DNA of 64,000 bases from a virus, in IMG/VR virus record IMGVR_UViG_3300047560_002412, positions 1 to 64,000 of that record; one strand, given 5' to 3'. Shown here piece by piece: positions 47,948 to 56,568 of this stretch (the stretch's first letter is position 1; each line of letters starts with the position of its first letter). The notes under the pieces are model-generated. The model saw nothing but the letters and a program-made list of their open reading frames with translations, was not told the DNA's origin and ran no database searches. The translations under genes were made by a program, and so were the position numbers.

Positions 47948-48021
47948 TGGCGTGTGGTGTAATGGTAACACAACGGACTTTGACTCCGTCGTTCCAGGTT
48001 CGAGCCCTGGCATGCCTGCCA
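47948..48021 (+). tRNA. tRNA-Gln(TTG)
   Basis: CTTTGAC loop, G73. Confidence 0.92.
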
Positions 48022-48027
48022 AGTTTT

Positions 48028-48126
48028 GCCTCTGTAGCTTAATGGTAAAGAAGCGAGCTTATACCTCGCCAAAGCACAGGCCAGATAAGCCTGAGTGTGC
48101 AGGTTCGAGTCCTGCCAGAGGCACCA
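48028..48126 (+). tRNA. tRNA(TAT) (Ile anticodon) with long variable arm
   Basis: GCGAG-CTTATAC-CTCGC; about 29 nt extra arm. Confidence 0.75.
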
Positions 48127-48133
48127 TTATTAT

Positions 48134-48210
48134 CGGTCCTTAACTCAGTTGGACAGAGTGCCTGTCTTCGAAACAGGAAGTCGTGGGTTCGAATCCTGCA
48201 GGGCCGGCCA
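48134..48210 (+). tRNA. tRNA-Arg(TCG)
   Basis: CTTCGAA loop. Confidence 0.92.
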
Positions 48211-48231
48211 AATTTTTTTATGGAGATTGTT

Positions 48232-48438
48232 ATGAAAGCAACTATGCTAAAAAATCGTTTTAATAATGAGCATTTTGTCTGTGACGATATCCGTGTGACT
48301 GAAACAATCGAAGGTGTCGAGTACATTATTGTACATCGACCCAATGAGCATCGCCCGTTTAAAATGCGTCGCGATGCATTAGAGAAAATTAATATCCCGG
48401 TAGCTCATTTGGAACAGAGTATCACGCTACGAACGTGA
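48232..48438 (+). CDS. Small hypothetical protein (3' end overlaps tRNA)
   Basis: GGAG SD, MKATMLKNRFNNE... Confidence 0.6.
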   Translation: MKATMLKNRFNNEHFVCDDIRVTETIEGVEYIIVHRPNEHRPFKMRRDALEKINIPVAHLEQSITLRT

Positions 48439-48471
48439 GGGTAGTAGGTTCGAATCCTACCCGGGATGCCA
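48394..48471 (+). tRNA. tRNA-Arg(ACG)
   Basis: CTACGAA loop. Confidence 0.92.
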
Positions 48472-48482
48472 AACAAAACATT

Positions 48483-48556
48483 CTGGGTGTAGGATAATGG
48501 TAGTCGACGAAGCTTGGATCTTCGAGGCGCTGGTTCGATTCCAGCCACCCAGACCA
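48483..48556 (+). tRNA. tRNA-Pro(TGG)
   Basis: CTTGGAT loop. Confidence 0.88.
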
Positions 48557-48562
48557 GATTAC

Positions 48563-48637
48563 ATAGCGTTCGACTTTTGGTGAGGTCAGTAGGCTTTCAA
48601 CCTACGTAGGCGGGTTCGATCCCCGTACGCTATACCA
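48563..48637 (+). tRNA. tRNA-Glu(TTC)
   Basis: CTTTCAA loop. Confidence 0.85.
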
Positions 48638-48642
48638 ACTAT

Positions 48643-48718
48643 GGTGAGGATAGTGTACCGGTGCGCACACCTGTCTGTGAAACAGGTAGATAGGGTTCAA
48701 CTCCCGTCCATCACCCCA
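48643..48718 (+). tRNA. tRNA-His(GTG)
   Basis: CTGTGAA loop, G-1/C73. Confidence 0.85.
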
Positions 48719-48719
48719 A

Positions 48720-48794
48720 GGATCTTTAGCTCAGTGGTAGAGTAGCAGCTCGACACGCTGTTGGTCGTAGGTTCAAGTCCTGCAAGATCCACCA
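48720..48794 (+). tRNA. tRNA-Val(GAC)
   Basis: TCGACAC loop (C33). Confidence 0.85.
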
Positions 48795-48799
48795 AATAT

Positions 48800-48875
48800 G
48801 CCGCTTTAGCTGATGTGGTCATAGCACCGGTTTGAAGCACCGAGGAATGAGGTTCGATCCCTCAAGGCGGCACCA
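48800..48875 (+). tRNA. tRNA-Phe(GAA)
   Basis: TTGAAGC loop. Confidence 0.85.
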
Positions 48876-49089
48876 GTTTAAGCATCAACCGAAAGGTCGG
48901 CGATAAGAACAAGGTGTGAACATAGTTGCATCTTTGTTGGTCGGTAGATTGGAACGACTCACTCTTTTTACTGATGCTTTTTTAGTTTGTTAACCAAAAT
49001 ATGTTGACAAAGCATACAGATAGAATATATAATAGTCACATATGCTTGTTAATAGCATTTAGTTCATTAAAAATTAAATTTAAGATTTT

Positions 49090-49173
49090 GCCCTGGTGGT
49101 GGAATGGTAGACACGCTGGTCTTAGAAGCCAGTGTCGCGAGGCGTGAGAGTTCGAGTCTCTCCTGGGGCACCA
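49090..49173 (+). tRNA. tRNA-Leu(TAG)
   Basis: CTTAGAA loop, variable arm. Confidence 0.93.
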
Positions 49174-49344
49174 TTAAAAAATAGCATTAGCGGGTATCGC
49201 TTGTGGACGCACAGGCTCATGAGGAATAGGGCCATCTTACTCCTCTGAAAAAACCGTGAACAATGGCTTATGAGGAGAATCGAACTCCACTCAGAAATAC
49301 GTTTCATCCCATAGGGTGTAATGTTATTTTTTAATGGTAAAAAT

Positions 49345-50232
49345 TTAAGGGCAGTTTATTGTCCTGTAGGCGGCTTGCCGTCTACAAAGAATAAGTGAGG
49401 TGACTCACCCAAAGCTAGAATGCCTACATACTAGCGCCAGCAATGGTTCATGTAAACAAGCCTGCTCACTACCGCGAGGTAGCGTTCACTGATAAGACCG
49501 GTGGATGTAACAGCAAAGCTGATGTAGTGGAAAGAACGTTTGCTTACAAGCCCGTAAGGGGAACTTGAGTGAATGGAAAGTAACAGGTGGTGCTGACTTC
49601 ACTACAAAACCAATCAGTCAACTGGTATGAGAAAGGGTAGTGTATTGGTCCGAAGGGTCGCTCCTAAGGGCTCGTATGCAATGTTAATGGAAGGTGGAAC
49701 ACGTTGCGAAACGTTGTTACATCGGTCGTGAAACATCACTGAGTAGCTCGCGAGGCAAAAGGTATGTGGTGAGTTGTATTTTGTATTCCAAAAGAGTATG
49801 AAGCAACTGAGGCAGCTCATCGCGGTAGGTTCAATGTAGATCAATGGTAGATCGTCTGTCTTTTAAACAGAATGCTGTGGGTTCAAATCCCATCATTAAC
49901 AAAAATGCAAAGACTGCCTCGGTTATGTGTGAAAAGTATCTAACGCTCGGGGCGCAAGCCAACTGAGTCTGATAAAGCTCGCAAGGTGATATCAGTTTAT
50001 ACTGGAAGTTTCGTAGTTCGCAAGACTTAATGGCTCGCAAGGTCAACGGAATAGATGGTGTAGAGTAGCATATAACGACAAGCCTAATGCCTGGCTTTAA
50101 AAACGGCGATACTGCAAGTAGACTAGGTTACATGGTAACATGAACTTAGTGGATGTCTAGAGAACGTATACTCGCAAGGTGTACGGTAATGCTAGAGGTA
50201 CTTGTGGGAGAGATGTAATCTCAGTCCTCCAC
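49345..50232 (+). ncRNA. GOLLD-like large structured RNA (about 890 nt)
   Basis: No credible ORF, many GNRA hairpins (CGCAAG/CGCGAG), GGTGGTGCTG, 3' GTAATCTCAG, nested tRNA, located in tRNA array; 5' boundary approximate. Confidence 0.72.
49829..49901 (+). tRNA. tRNA-Lys(TTT)-like element nested in the large RNA
   Basis: D arm GATC/GATC, TCTGT-CTTTTAA-ACAGA, TTCAAAT loop; bulged acceptor, no CCA. Confidence 0.65.
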
Positions 50233-50324
50233 TATTCTAAAACACATTAACTTAAAACATAGTTTCGAGTATGGGAAATGCCGCCCAATGAGATGATGGT
50301 ATAGTGTGTTTCAGAATAGTTTTT

Positions 50325-50400
50325 GCATCCTTAGCTCAGCGGTAGCAGCGGCGTCTTTACACGGCGTAGGTCGTAGGTTCAATCCCTACAGGATGCACCA
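50325..50400 (+). tRNA. tRNA-Val(TAC)
   Basis: TTTACAC loop. Confidence 0.92.
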
Positions 50401-50405
50401 ATTAT

Positions 50406-50500
50406 GGAGTGTTGGCCGAGTTGGTCGAAGGCACCTTCCTGCTAAGAAGGCATTCGGGCAAAAACCTGGATCATTGGTTCGAATCCAATACACTCCGCCA
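50406..50500 (+). tRNA. tRNA-Ser(GCT)
   Basis: CTGCTAA loop, long arm. Confidence 0.93.
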
Positions 50501-50523
50501 AATTTATTAAAAAGGAAAAAATA

Positions 50524-50712
50524 ATGCTAAAACCAGGTCCGAGTTACAAAATGAGTAAGCAGGGTAAAAGAACATTAGCGCAATATCTTGATTCACATAA
50601 GCGTGGCGAAGTTAAGCGTAGTATTATCCAAGCAGAACTTGCTGCATTGATTCAACCAAAACGTGAAAGAAATCGCAGAGAAGGACAAAACGACAATGGT
50701 AGCAAGGAATGA
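50524..50712 (+). CDS. Small basic hypothetical protein
   Basis: AAGGA SD. Confidence 0.65.
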   Translation: MLKPGPSYKMSKQGKRTLAQYLDSHKRGEVKRSIIQAELAALIQPKRERNRREGQNDNGSKE

Positions 50713-50980
50713 TATTACAGGTGATGCTATCCAAACTAGGACATCATCTAAAGCATATAACGATAATTACGACGCAATTTTTAGGAAAAATAAAGTGACT
50801 CCAAAAGTAGAAGATATGAAGAAAGGAACTTGTGGTTGCGGACGTTCGCCCACAGGTGATTGCATTGGATGGCATGGATTGTCAGAAGATGCATATAAAA
50901 AAGCACTTGAAGATTATCGTATTGCTGAAGTATCAAAGTTAGTTGCTGAAGAAACACTTCAAGCAACAGACAATAAGTAA
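50696..50980 (+). CDS. Protein with CDGSH-like Fe-S motif
   Basis: CGCGRSPTGDCIGWH. Confidence 0.65.
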   Translation: MVARNDITGDAIQTRTSSKAYNDNYDAIFRKNKVTPKVEDMKKGTCGCGRSPTGDCIGWHGLSEDAYKKALEDYRIAEVSKLVAEETLQATDNK

Positions 50981-50985
50981 TATTT

Positions 50986-51061
50986 GGGGGTTTAGCTCAT
51001 CTGGGAGAGCATTAGCTTTGCAAGCTAAGGGTGATCGGTTCGAGTCCGATAACCTCCACCA
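50986..51061 (+). tRNA. tRNA-Ala(TGC)
   Basis: TTTGCAA loop, G3-U70. Confidence 0.94.
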
Positions 51062-51079
51062 AGAGATATATAGTAGTAC

Positions 51080-51155
<76 letters not shown>

Positions 51156-51160
51156 ATTAT

Positions 51161-51236
51161 GGCCAGGTGGCAGAGCGACTTATGCGCTAGATTGCAAATC
51201 TGGATTAGGTAGGTGGAAATCCTACCCTGGCCTCCA
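51161..51236 (+). tRNA. tRNA-Cys(GCA), atypical T loop
   Basis: TTGCAAA loop; T loop TGGAAAT. Confidence 0.8.
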
Positions 51237-51244
51237 GTTTTACC

Positions 51245-51281
51245 AAAAAGACTTGACCTTAGGTCTTTTTTGTTTTATACT
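51245..51281 (+). promoter_or_regulatory. Terminator hairpin overlapping a sigma70 promoter
   Basis: AAAAAGAC...GTCTTTTTT enclosing TTGACC, then 17 nt to TATACT. Confidence 0.7.
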
Positions 51282-51578
51282 AGTTTTGTTGTGTAGCAAT
51301 ACACAACCGGCGAGGTAGAAGGTAGATGAGGATAGACATTTCATTGGCTTACAACGCTAATGAATCTTATCAATGGCAAAACGTCTTGAAAACGTTTCGT
51401 GCTTGAGTGAACCGATATCCACATACCTGTCATTTGCTGATCGGAAATATTCAGGCCTCTGTAGCCTGTTTATTGAATGTTGTCAAGGAGATGCTTTATA
51501 GCTATCCGTTTGCATATTGTCCGGTCTATTACTTGACCTTTTACTGACCCGTTATTTTAAATTAAAAGAGAGACACAA

Positions 51579-52151
51579 ATGAACATTACACTACGCAAAG
51601 CAAACACAATTCAGAACAGCATCAATGATGCAATCAAGGGTATTAAGATTGAGACATCTATTAATATCAACGAATTTCAGGATGTTGAAGTAGAAATCAA
51701 AAAAGCCAATGAAGGATTGTTTTTTGCTGACACTCGTCGTCAAAAGTTAACTTTGGCTCTCTACAACATTCGAGGTCTTGTTGCACAGGCAAACGCAAGT
51801 GCCGGCATTGACCTGGCGCTAACAAAAGCTGCCTTCATTGACAAAAGAATTGCACAGCTAGAAACATTAGCTCAACTTGAAGAACATACTTCCGTTGAAG
51901 TTTTAAAAGGCAAACTTCGTAAAATTGCCGAAGACAAGGGCGAAAGCCGTAGCCGTATTTACGGTTACAATGATTATGTTACTACTACCGTAGTATCTAA
52001 AGAACAGGTTAATCAGGCTAAGAGTGAAATTCAAACTCTTAAAAAACAAAAACAGAAACTCAATGATGAGGTTCTTGAATTAAACATCAAAACAGAAATT
52101 CCTTTAACTGACGATGTTGTTGAAACATTAAAGGCAGAAGGTATTATCTAA
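51579..52151 (+). CDS. Coiled-coil hypothetical protein
   Basis: 190 aa ORF behind a long structured leader. Confidence 0.72.
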   Translation: MNITLRKANTIQNSINDAIKGIKIETSININEFQDVEVEIKKANEGLFFADTRRQKLTLALYNIRGLVAQANASAGIDLALTKAAFIDKRIAQLETLAQLEEHTSVEVLKGKLRKIAEDKGESRSRIYGYNDYVTTTVVSKEQVNQAKSEIQTLKKQKQKLNDEVLELNIKTEIPLTDDVVETLKAEGII

Positions 52152-52158
52152 GACCTAT

Positions 52159-52233
52159 CGCGGGTTGGAGAAGTGGTATCTCGGGAGTCTCATAAGCTCC
52201 AGATCCCTGGTTCAATTCCAGGACCCGCAACCA
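52159..52233 (+). tRNA. Initiator tRNA-fMet(CAT)
   Basis: C1:A72 mismatch, CTCATAA loop. Confidence 0.9.
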
Positions 52234-52238
52234 ATTTT

Positions 52239-52315
52239 CGGTGTGTAGCTCAGCCTGGTAGAGCTCCTGGTTTGGGACCAGGTGGTCGCATGTTCGAATC
52301 GTGTCACACCGACCA
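52239..52315 (+). tRNA. tRNA-Pro(TGG)
   Basis: TTTGGGA loop. Confidence 0.92.
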
Positions 52316-52347
52316 AGTACGATAAGATACGTTCAATAAATAGAAAT

Positions 52348-53505
52348 ATGAATATTGGCGGACTTGATCAATTTAAAGATAATTCTATTAACGGTATTAT
52401 CGACGAAATAAAAAAGATAAATGGTTTATTATTAGATGCAACAATAAGCCTTTGTCAACATTGTCATTACCATGTTCCAGCATATAGATACGAATTAAAC
52501 AATAAAGTCTATATTTGCAAACATTGTATAACACATGGTTTTAGTCATCATCTAATTGAAAATGATGCTGAATTTTATCACGGGTTGATAAAGAACATGG
52601 ATACCATGTGGAATTTTGATAACTATATTCTTACTGAAGTTACAGATAGATGTAATTTAGAATGTCCGCATTGTTATCATTTACCTGATAATAAAATTAA
52701 AGATGTTCCGTTAGAAGATCTTATAACTCGATTTAAAGAATATCCAGACAGCATTTATCATATAATCTTGGCTGGTGCCGAATCGAGTTTAAGGAAAGAC
52801 ATAAAAGATTTAGTTATCGAAGTTAGTAAATTAGGAAAACTTCCTCAAATTTTAACTAATGGTGTTAAATTTTCCGATATTGATTTTGTAAAAAATCTTG
52901 CTTCAGCAAATGTTGATATGACGGTTACCATAGGTTTAAATCATCCTAGCTATATTGGAAATTCTAAGGTACGTGAAAAACAAATTCAAGGAATCCTAAA
53001 TGTAAACGAATACATCAATGGATTATCGTATGTTGGTTACACTATGGTTGGAATGGATGAATTAGATTTTATTCTAACTGAAATTACTAGCACTAATTGG
53101 TGTCAACATTCAAGGATTAGAGCAGGTAGTGAAATAGGTAGAAATGCCACAGACGAACAAATTTTTGTCAGTGACATTTTTAAAGCAACAAAATTGTGGG
53201 CAGAAAGAAACGGAAAATCTTTTGAAGTTGTAGATGCTGATAATAACATATATCATGTTGTTGTAAAAATAGACAACAAGTATATAAGAATTATTCAATG
53301 GTGTGACGAAACAAATATTGATTTAGAAGAATTAAGAACTGGTCCTTGGTGTGATTTTGTCTACGACGGAATAACAAATTTTTTACATCAAGTTATAAGA
53401 AGAGATGTTTGGAAAAATAAAGGTTTAATTTTACCGGATACTCCTCCAATAAGATACCAGGTTGGGCATCATAAAGATATAGATCCAGTTTTTCTCAAGC
53501 ACTAA
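52348..53505 (+). CDS. Radical SAM protein
   Basis: TDRCNLECPHCY, LTNG; N-terminal Cys cluster. Confidence 0.85.
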   Translation: MNIGGLDQFKDNSINGIIDEIKKINGLLLDATISLCQHCHYHVPAYRYELNNKVYICKHCITHGFSHHLIENDAEFYHGLIKNMDTMWNFDNYILTEVTDRCNLECPHCYHLPDNKIKDVPLEDLITRFKEYPDSIYHIILAGAESSLRKDIKDLVIEVSKLGKLPQILTNGVKFSDIDFVKNLASANVDMTVTIGLNHPSYIGNSKVREKQIQGILNVNEYINGLSYVGYTMVGMDELDFILTEITSTNWCQHSRIRAGSEIGRNATDEQIFVSDIFKATKLWAERNGKSFEVVDADNNIYHVVVKIDNKYIRIIQWCDETNIDLEELRTGPWCDFVYDGITNFLHQVIRRDVWKNKGLILPDTPPIRYQVGHHKDIDPVFLKH

Positions 53506-53532
53506 AGAAGTTGCTGTAAATATAGTTTTAAT

Positions 53533-53606
53533 GCGGGGTTCGTATAGTGGTAATACCTCAGCCTTCCAAGCTGATGCGGAGAGTTCGATTCTCTTACCCC
53601 GCTCCA
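53533..53606 (+). tRNA. tRNA-Gly(TCC)
   Basis: CTTCCAA loop. Confidence 0.94.
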
Positions 53607-53610
53607 TAAT

Positions 53611-54183
53611 ATGCAAATAGTAGACCAAAACGATCTAGTTAAAAAATTTAATTTTAGTTCTATAATAAATCAGAAGGATAATGATACCGCCATAGGCATT
53701 ATTACTGATATTATCGCTTCTGGTAATTACTTTACTAATTCACCAAAGTATCAAACTAAAGAAAACATATTTTCACGTCCAGAAGAAGTATGGTTAAAAT
53801 ACCGTATGAGCTTCTTAATGAGCGTGTTTATGTATTTAGGTCGAGAAGTTAGAGTCGGTAACATGATGGCATGGAGTTTTATGACAAATCTTGAGGGTGC
53901 CGAAGATCGCGAAAAACTTTGGCACCATCATTGGCATCCAACTAAACCCGATGCCAAAATGTTAAGCGGAATATTTTATCTACATATTCCCGATGATGTC
54001 AAGGACCGAGATACATGCGGTACTGAAATGGCTCCGAGTGGAATTCATAGTGATGAAAAATATTTTATCACTCCAACAGAGTTTAGTTGGATAGTATATC
54101 CTAGTCAAGTATATCATAGGCCAGGAATCGTACAAAGTAATCAATATAGATATATTCTAGCAGTAGACGTAGAATATTATTAA
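53611..54183 (+). CDS. 2OG-Fe(II) oxygenase-like protein
   Basis: WHHH, LSGIFYL, GTE, YPS..YHRP, RYILA. Confidence 0.72.
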   Translation: MQIVDQNDLVKKFNFSSIINQKDNDTAIGIITDIIASGNYFTNSPKYQTKENIFSRPEEVWLKYRMSFLMSVFMYLGREVRVGNMMAWSFMTNLEGAEDREKLWHHHWHPTKPDAKMLSGIFYLHIPDDVKDRDTCGTEMAPSGIHSDEKYFITPTEFSWIVYPSQVYHRPGIVQSNQYRYILAVDVEYY

Positions 54184-54184
54184 T

Positions 54185-54260
<76 letters not shown>

Positions 54261-54264
54261 AATT

Positions 54265-54339
54265 CTGGCTATAGTATAATGGAGAATACAACTCTCTTCT
54301 AAAGAGTGAATGTGGGTTCGATTCCTGCTAGCCGGGCCA
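54265..54339 (+). tRNA. tRNA-Arg(TCT)
   Basis: CTTCTAA loop. Confidence 0.9.
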
Positions 54340-54343
54340 AATC

Positions 54344-54417
54344 GCTCCTATAGTTAAATGGCAGAACACATCCTTGGTAAGGATGCGATACAAGTTCGAT
54401 TCTTGTTAGGAGCACCA
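54344..54417 (+). tRNA. tRNA-Thr(GGT)
   Basis: TTGGTAA loop. Confidence 0.9.
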
Positions 54418-54453
54418 CTTGACACAGACACAAAAAGGCTATATAATATAATA

Positions 54454-54678
54454 ATGTATAAAGTAGAATGGAAGGACACAGCGGGTAGAGGCTGTGAGGA
54501 AGCAGTAAAAGATCTATCGGAAGCATTGGCTTTCGCAACAGAATTAGGAATACCAGTTACCATAAATGGTGGCGGTATAGTGTTAGTAGGAACATTTGGT
54601 TCTGCTGGCATTGAAAATGGACTATTACCAAACGGAGAAAAGTACAGCTGGTACAAACGCAGATATGTCAAAGAATGA
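54454..54678 (+). CDS. Hypothetical protein (possibly leaderless)
   Basis: ATG just after TTGACA-17-TATAAT (54419-54447). Confidence 0.65.
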   Translation: MYKVEWKDTAGRGCEEAVKDLSEALAFATELGIPVTINGGGIVLVGTFGSAGIENGLLPNGEKYSWYKRRYVKE

Positions 54679-54883
54679 TTTAATTGAATTAACGGGCAAA
54701 ATTGAAGAAGTTCTTCCCGGAAGTATGTTTAGGGTAAAACTTGATAATATGCCAAATATTATTACCTGCTATACCGGCGGAAAACTTAAACAGCACAAGA
54801 TTAAAATTATTCTAGGCGACAAGGTTAAAGTTGAAGTCAGTGCATATGACCTAACCAAAGGTCGTGTAACTTATCGTTTATAA
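54665..54883 (+). CDS. infA: Translation initiation factor IF-1
   Basis: MSKNDLIELTGKIEEVLPGSMFRV.L.N...GK....I.I..GDKV.VE...YDLTKGRVTYR. Confidence 0.95.
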   Translation: MSKNDLIELTGKIEEVLPGSMFRVKLDNMPNIITCYTGGKLKQHKIKIILGDKVKVEVSAYDLTKGRVTYRL

Positions 54884-54893
54884 GGAGAATATT

Positions 54894-55607
54894 ATGAAAC
54901 GAGTTATTGAAATCCGTGCCGCAGAAGGTGGCGAAGACAGCAAGTTATTTGTCAGTGATCTTGCGTCTGCATATTCCAAATTAGGAAACAAACTGGGTTG
55001 AACTACCCGCCTGATAGATGTTCGTCCTGGCGAGTGTAGTTTACTAGTTGAGGGCAAAGATCTATCCGGCTTATACAATGAGCCCGGAGGTCATCGAATC
55101 CAGCGAGTTCCGCCAACGGAACGCAAGGGCCGAGTTCATACCAGCACCGTTACCGTCGCGGTCATAGACAGCGAGGATGCCTGGACAGCACCAACTATTG
55201 CTCAATCTGATTTAAAAATTGATTGGTATAGTGGTACTGGTGCTGGCGGACAATATCGGAACAAGCATCAAAATAGCTGCCGTATCACACACCTTCCTAC
55301 AGGTATCACAGCCAAAGCAGAATGTCGTAGCCGCCAAAATAGTTTGGATCAAGCCATGACTGCTATTCAAAATCAACTTGACAAAACCGCTAAAAGATCA
55401 TATAATAATAACATAGCGAACGATAGAAAGCGTCAAGTAGGATCAGGGATGCGAGGAGACAAAATTCGCACTTACAGATTCCAAGACGATTCTGTACAAG
55501 ATCACGTAACGGGCAAACGAGCAACCTGCTCACAGATTTTGAAAGGCAATTTAGATCTGTTATGGCAAAAGAAATTCCAGAACATCGAGACCAACTTGGC
55601 CGAGTAA
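54894..55607 (+). CDS. RF1-like peptide chain release factor lacking domain 1, with in-frame UGA (codon 36)
   Basis: TAAGGAG SD; EIRAAEGG..S.LF, GGHRIQRVPPTE.KGRVHTS, GAGGQ, RITHLPTG, IRTY; TGA 54999-55001. Confidence 0.88.
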
Positions 55608-55816
55608 TCAATATGGGCGACTGCGTTGCCTATCCACAGAGCAATAGTTTGGTTATAGGTGTTGTTCGTAAGATTAATCCAAAGATGATCGGTGTTCGCA
55701 GAATTGGTAAAAATGGTTGGGGCTCAGAGAAAAACAAATATCCTGTGGATTGCGTTAAACTCGACGGTCCCGAAGTTACTATGTTCATTATCAAGAATGC
55801 AGGTGAAGTAAAATGA
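55562..55816 (+). CDS. Hypothetical protein
   Basis: D.LGR.I..GD.V pattern. Confidence 0.65.
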   Translation: MAKEIPEHRDQLGRVINMGDCVAYPQSNSLVIGVVRKINPKMIGVRRIGKNGWGSEKNKYPVDCVKLDGPEVTMFIIKNAGEVK

Positions 55817-55916
55817 GCGACGATAAAGTATTCTTTGGAACCATCCTAGCGATGTTTGCCTTAATGACTGGCAATCCGTTCATTGCTCTTTGTATTTTCA
55901 TTCTAGCGATAATGTA

Positions 55917-56126
55917 ATGAACGAACCATTATATTTGCCCTGTGGCGGAACAGCATACTTTGATCATTCTAGCGGTATTAGTTATCGCTGTGAGTGCGGT
56001 GCAGTTGTAGGCAGTATTGGTCAACCGCGTGAATGTGTTGAAGAAGCAAAAAAATATGAAGTCTGGCAACAGCTAGGTGGTAAAGGTTGGAACTATCAGA
56101 AAGGAGAACCCTATGCCCTGTCGTGA
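55917..56126 (+). CDS. Small Cys-rich hypothetical protein
   Basis: LPCGG...YRCECGAVVGS.G.P..C. Confidence 0.65.
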   Translation: MNEPLYLPCGGTAYFDHSSGISYRCECGAVVGSIGQPRECVEEAKKYEVWQQLGGKGWNYQKGEPYALS

Positions 56127-56568
56127 TTATGAAAGTGATAATGGTTATAGTCGTGCTGAAGAATATAAAAAGCAATGTGATAAACTTGCTCGTATCGCTT
56201 GTGCGGCCATGGAAGAACTTGTTCGACAAGGCAAAGAGGATTTCCTTGTTCTTAAAAATCCAGAAGTTGCAGAATGGTGGGTAGCTCACGTTAAAGCCGA
56301 TCGTGCCGAAAAGGCCCGTGTTGCCGAAAAGGAACGTCAAGAACGTGTAAAAGCAGAAGCTCTTTCTCGTCTAACAGATGAAGAAAAGGAATTGCTGGGC
56401 TTGAAAAAATCGGCGGCCAAGAAGCACAAGAAGTTTCCATTGAGCAAAGAACTTGTTGAAATAGATTATGACATTGAATCTTTTAAAGAAGAATTAGACG
56501 AGTACCAAAAAATTTCTGAAGCCGATATTGAAAACTTGCACAACCTATTAAGGAAGCATAATATATGA
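56113..56568 (+). CDS. Hypothetical protein
   Basis: AAGGAG SD, MPCRDY. Confidence 0.7.
   Translation: MPCRDYESDNGYSRAEEYKKQCDKLARIACAAMEELVRQGKEDFLVLKNPEVAEWWVAHVKADRAEKARVAEKERQERVKAEALSRLTDEEKELLGLKKSAAKKHKKFPLSKELVEIDYDIESFKEELDEYQKISEADIENLHNLLRKHNI

Noticed and set aside
45171-50524. ORF-track ORFs overlapping tRNAs and the giant RNA (e.g. 45259, 46292, 47494, 47952, 49614, 49831, 50306)
   Set aside because: They are translations of RNA genes and lack SD or protein features
54990-55040. RF2-style +1 frameshift or selenocysteine at the UGA
   Set aside because: The downstream domain is in the same frame, there is no CTT-TGA slippery site, the position aligns with Trp rather than Cys, and no tRNA-Sec is present in the window
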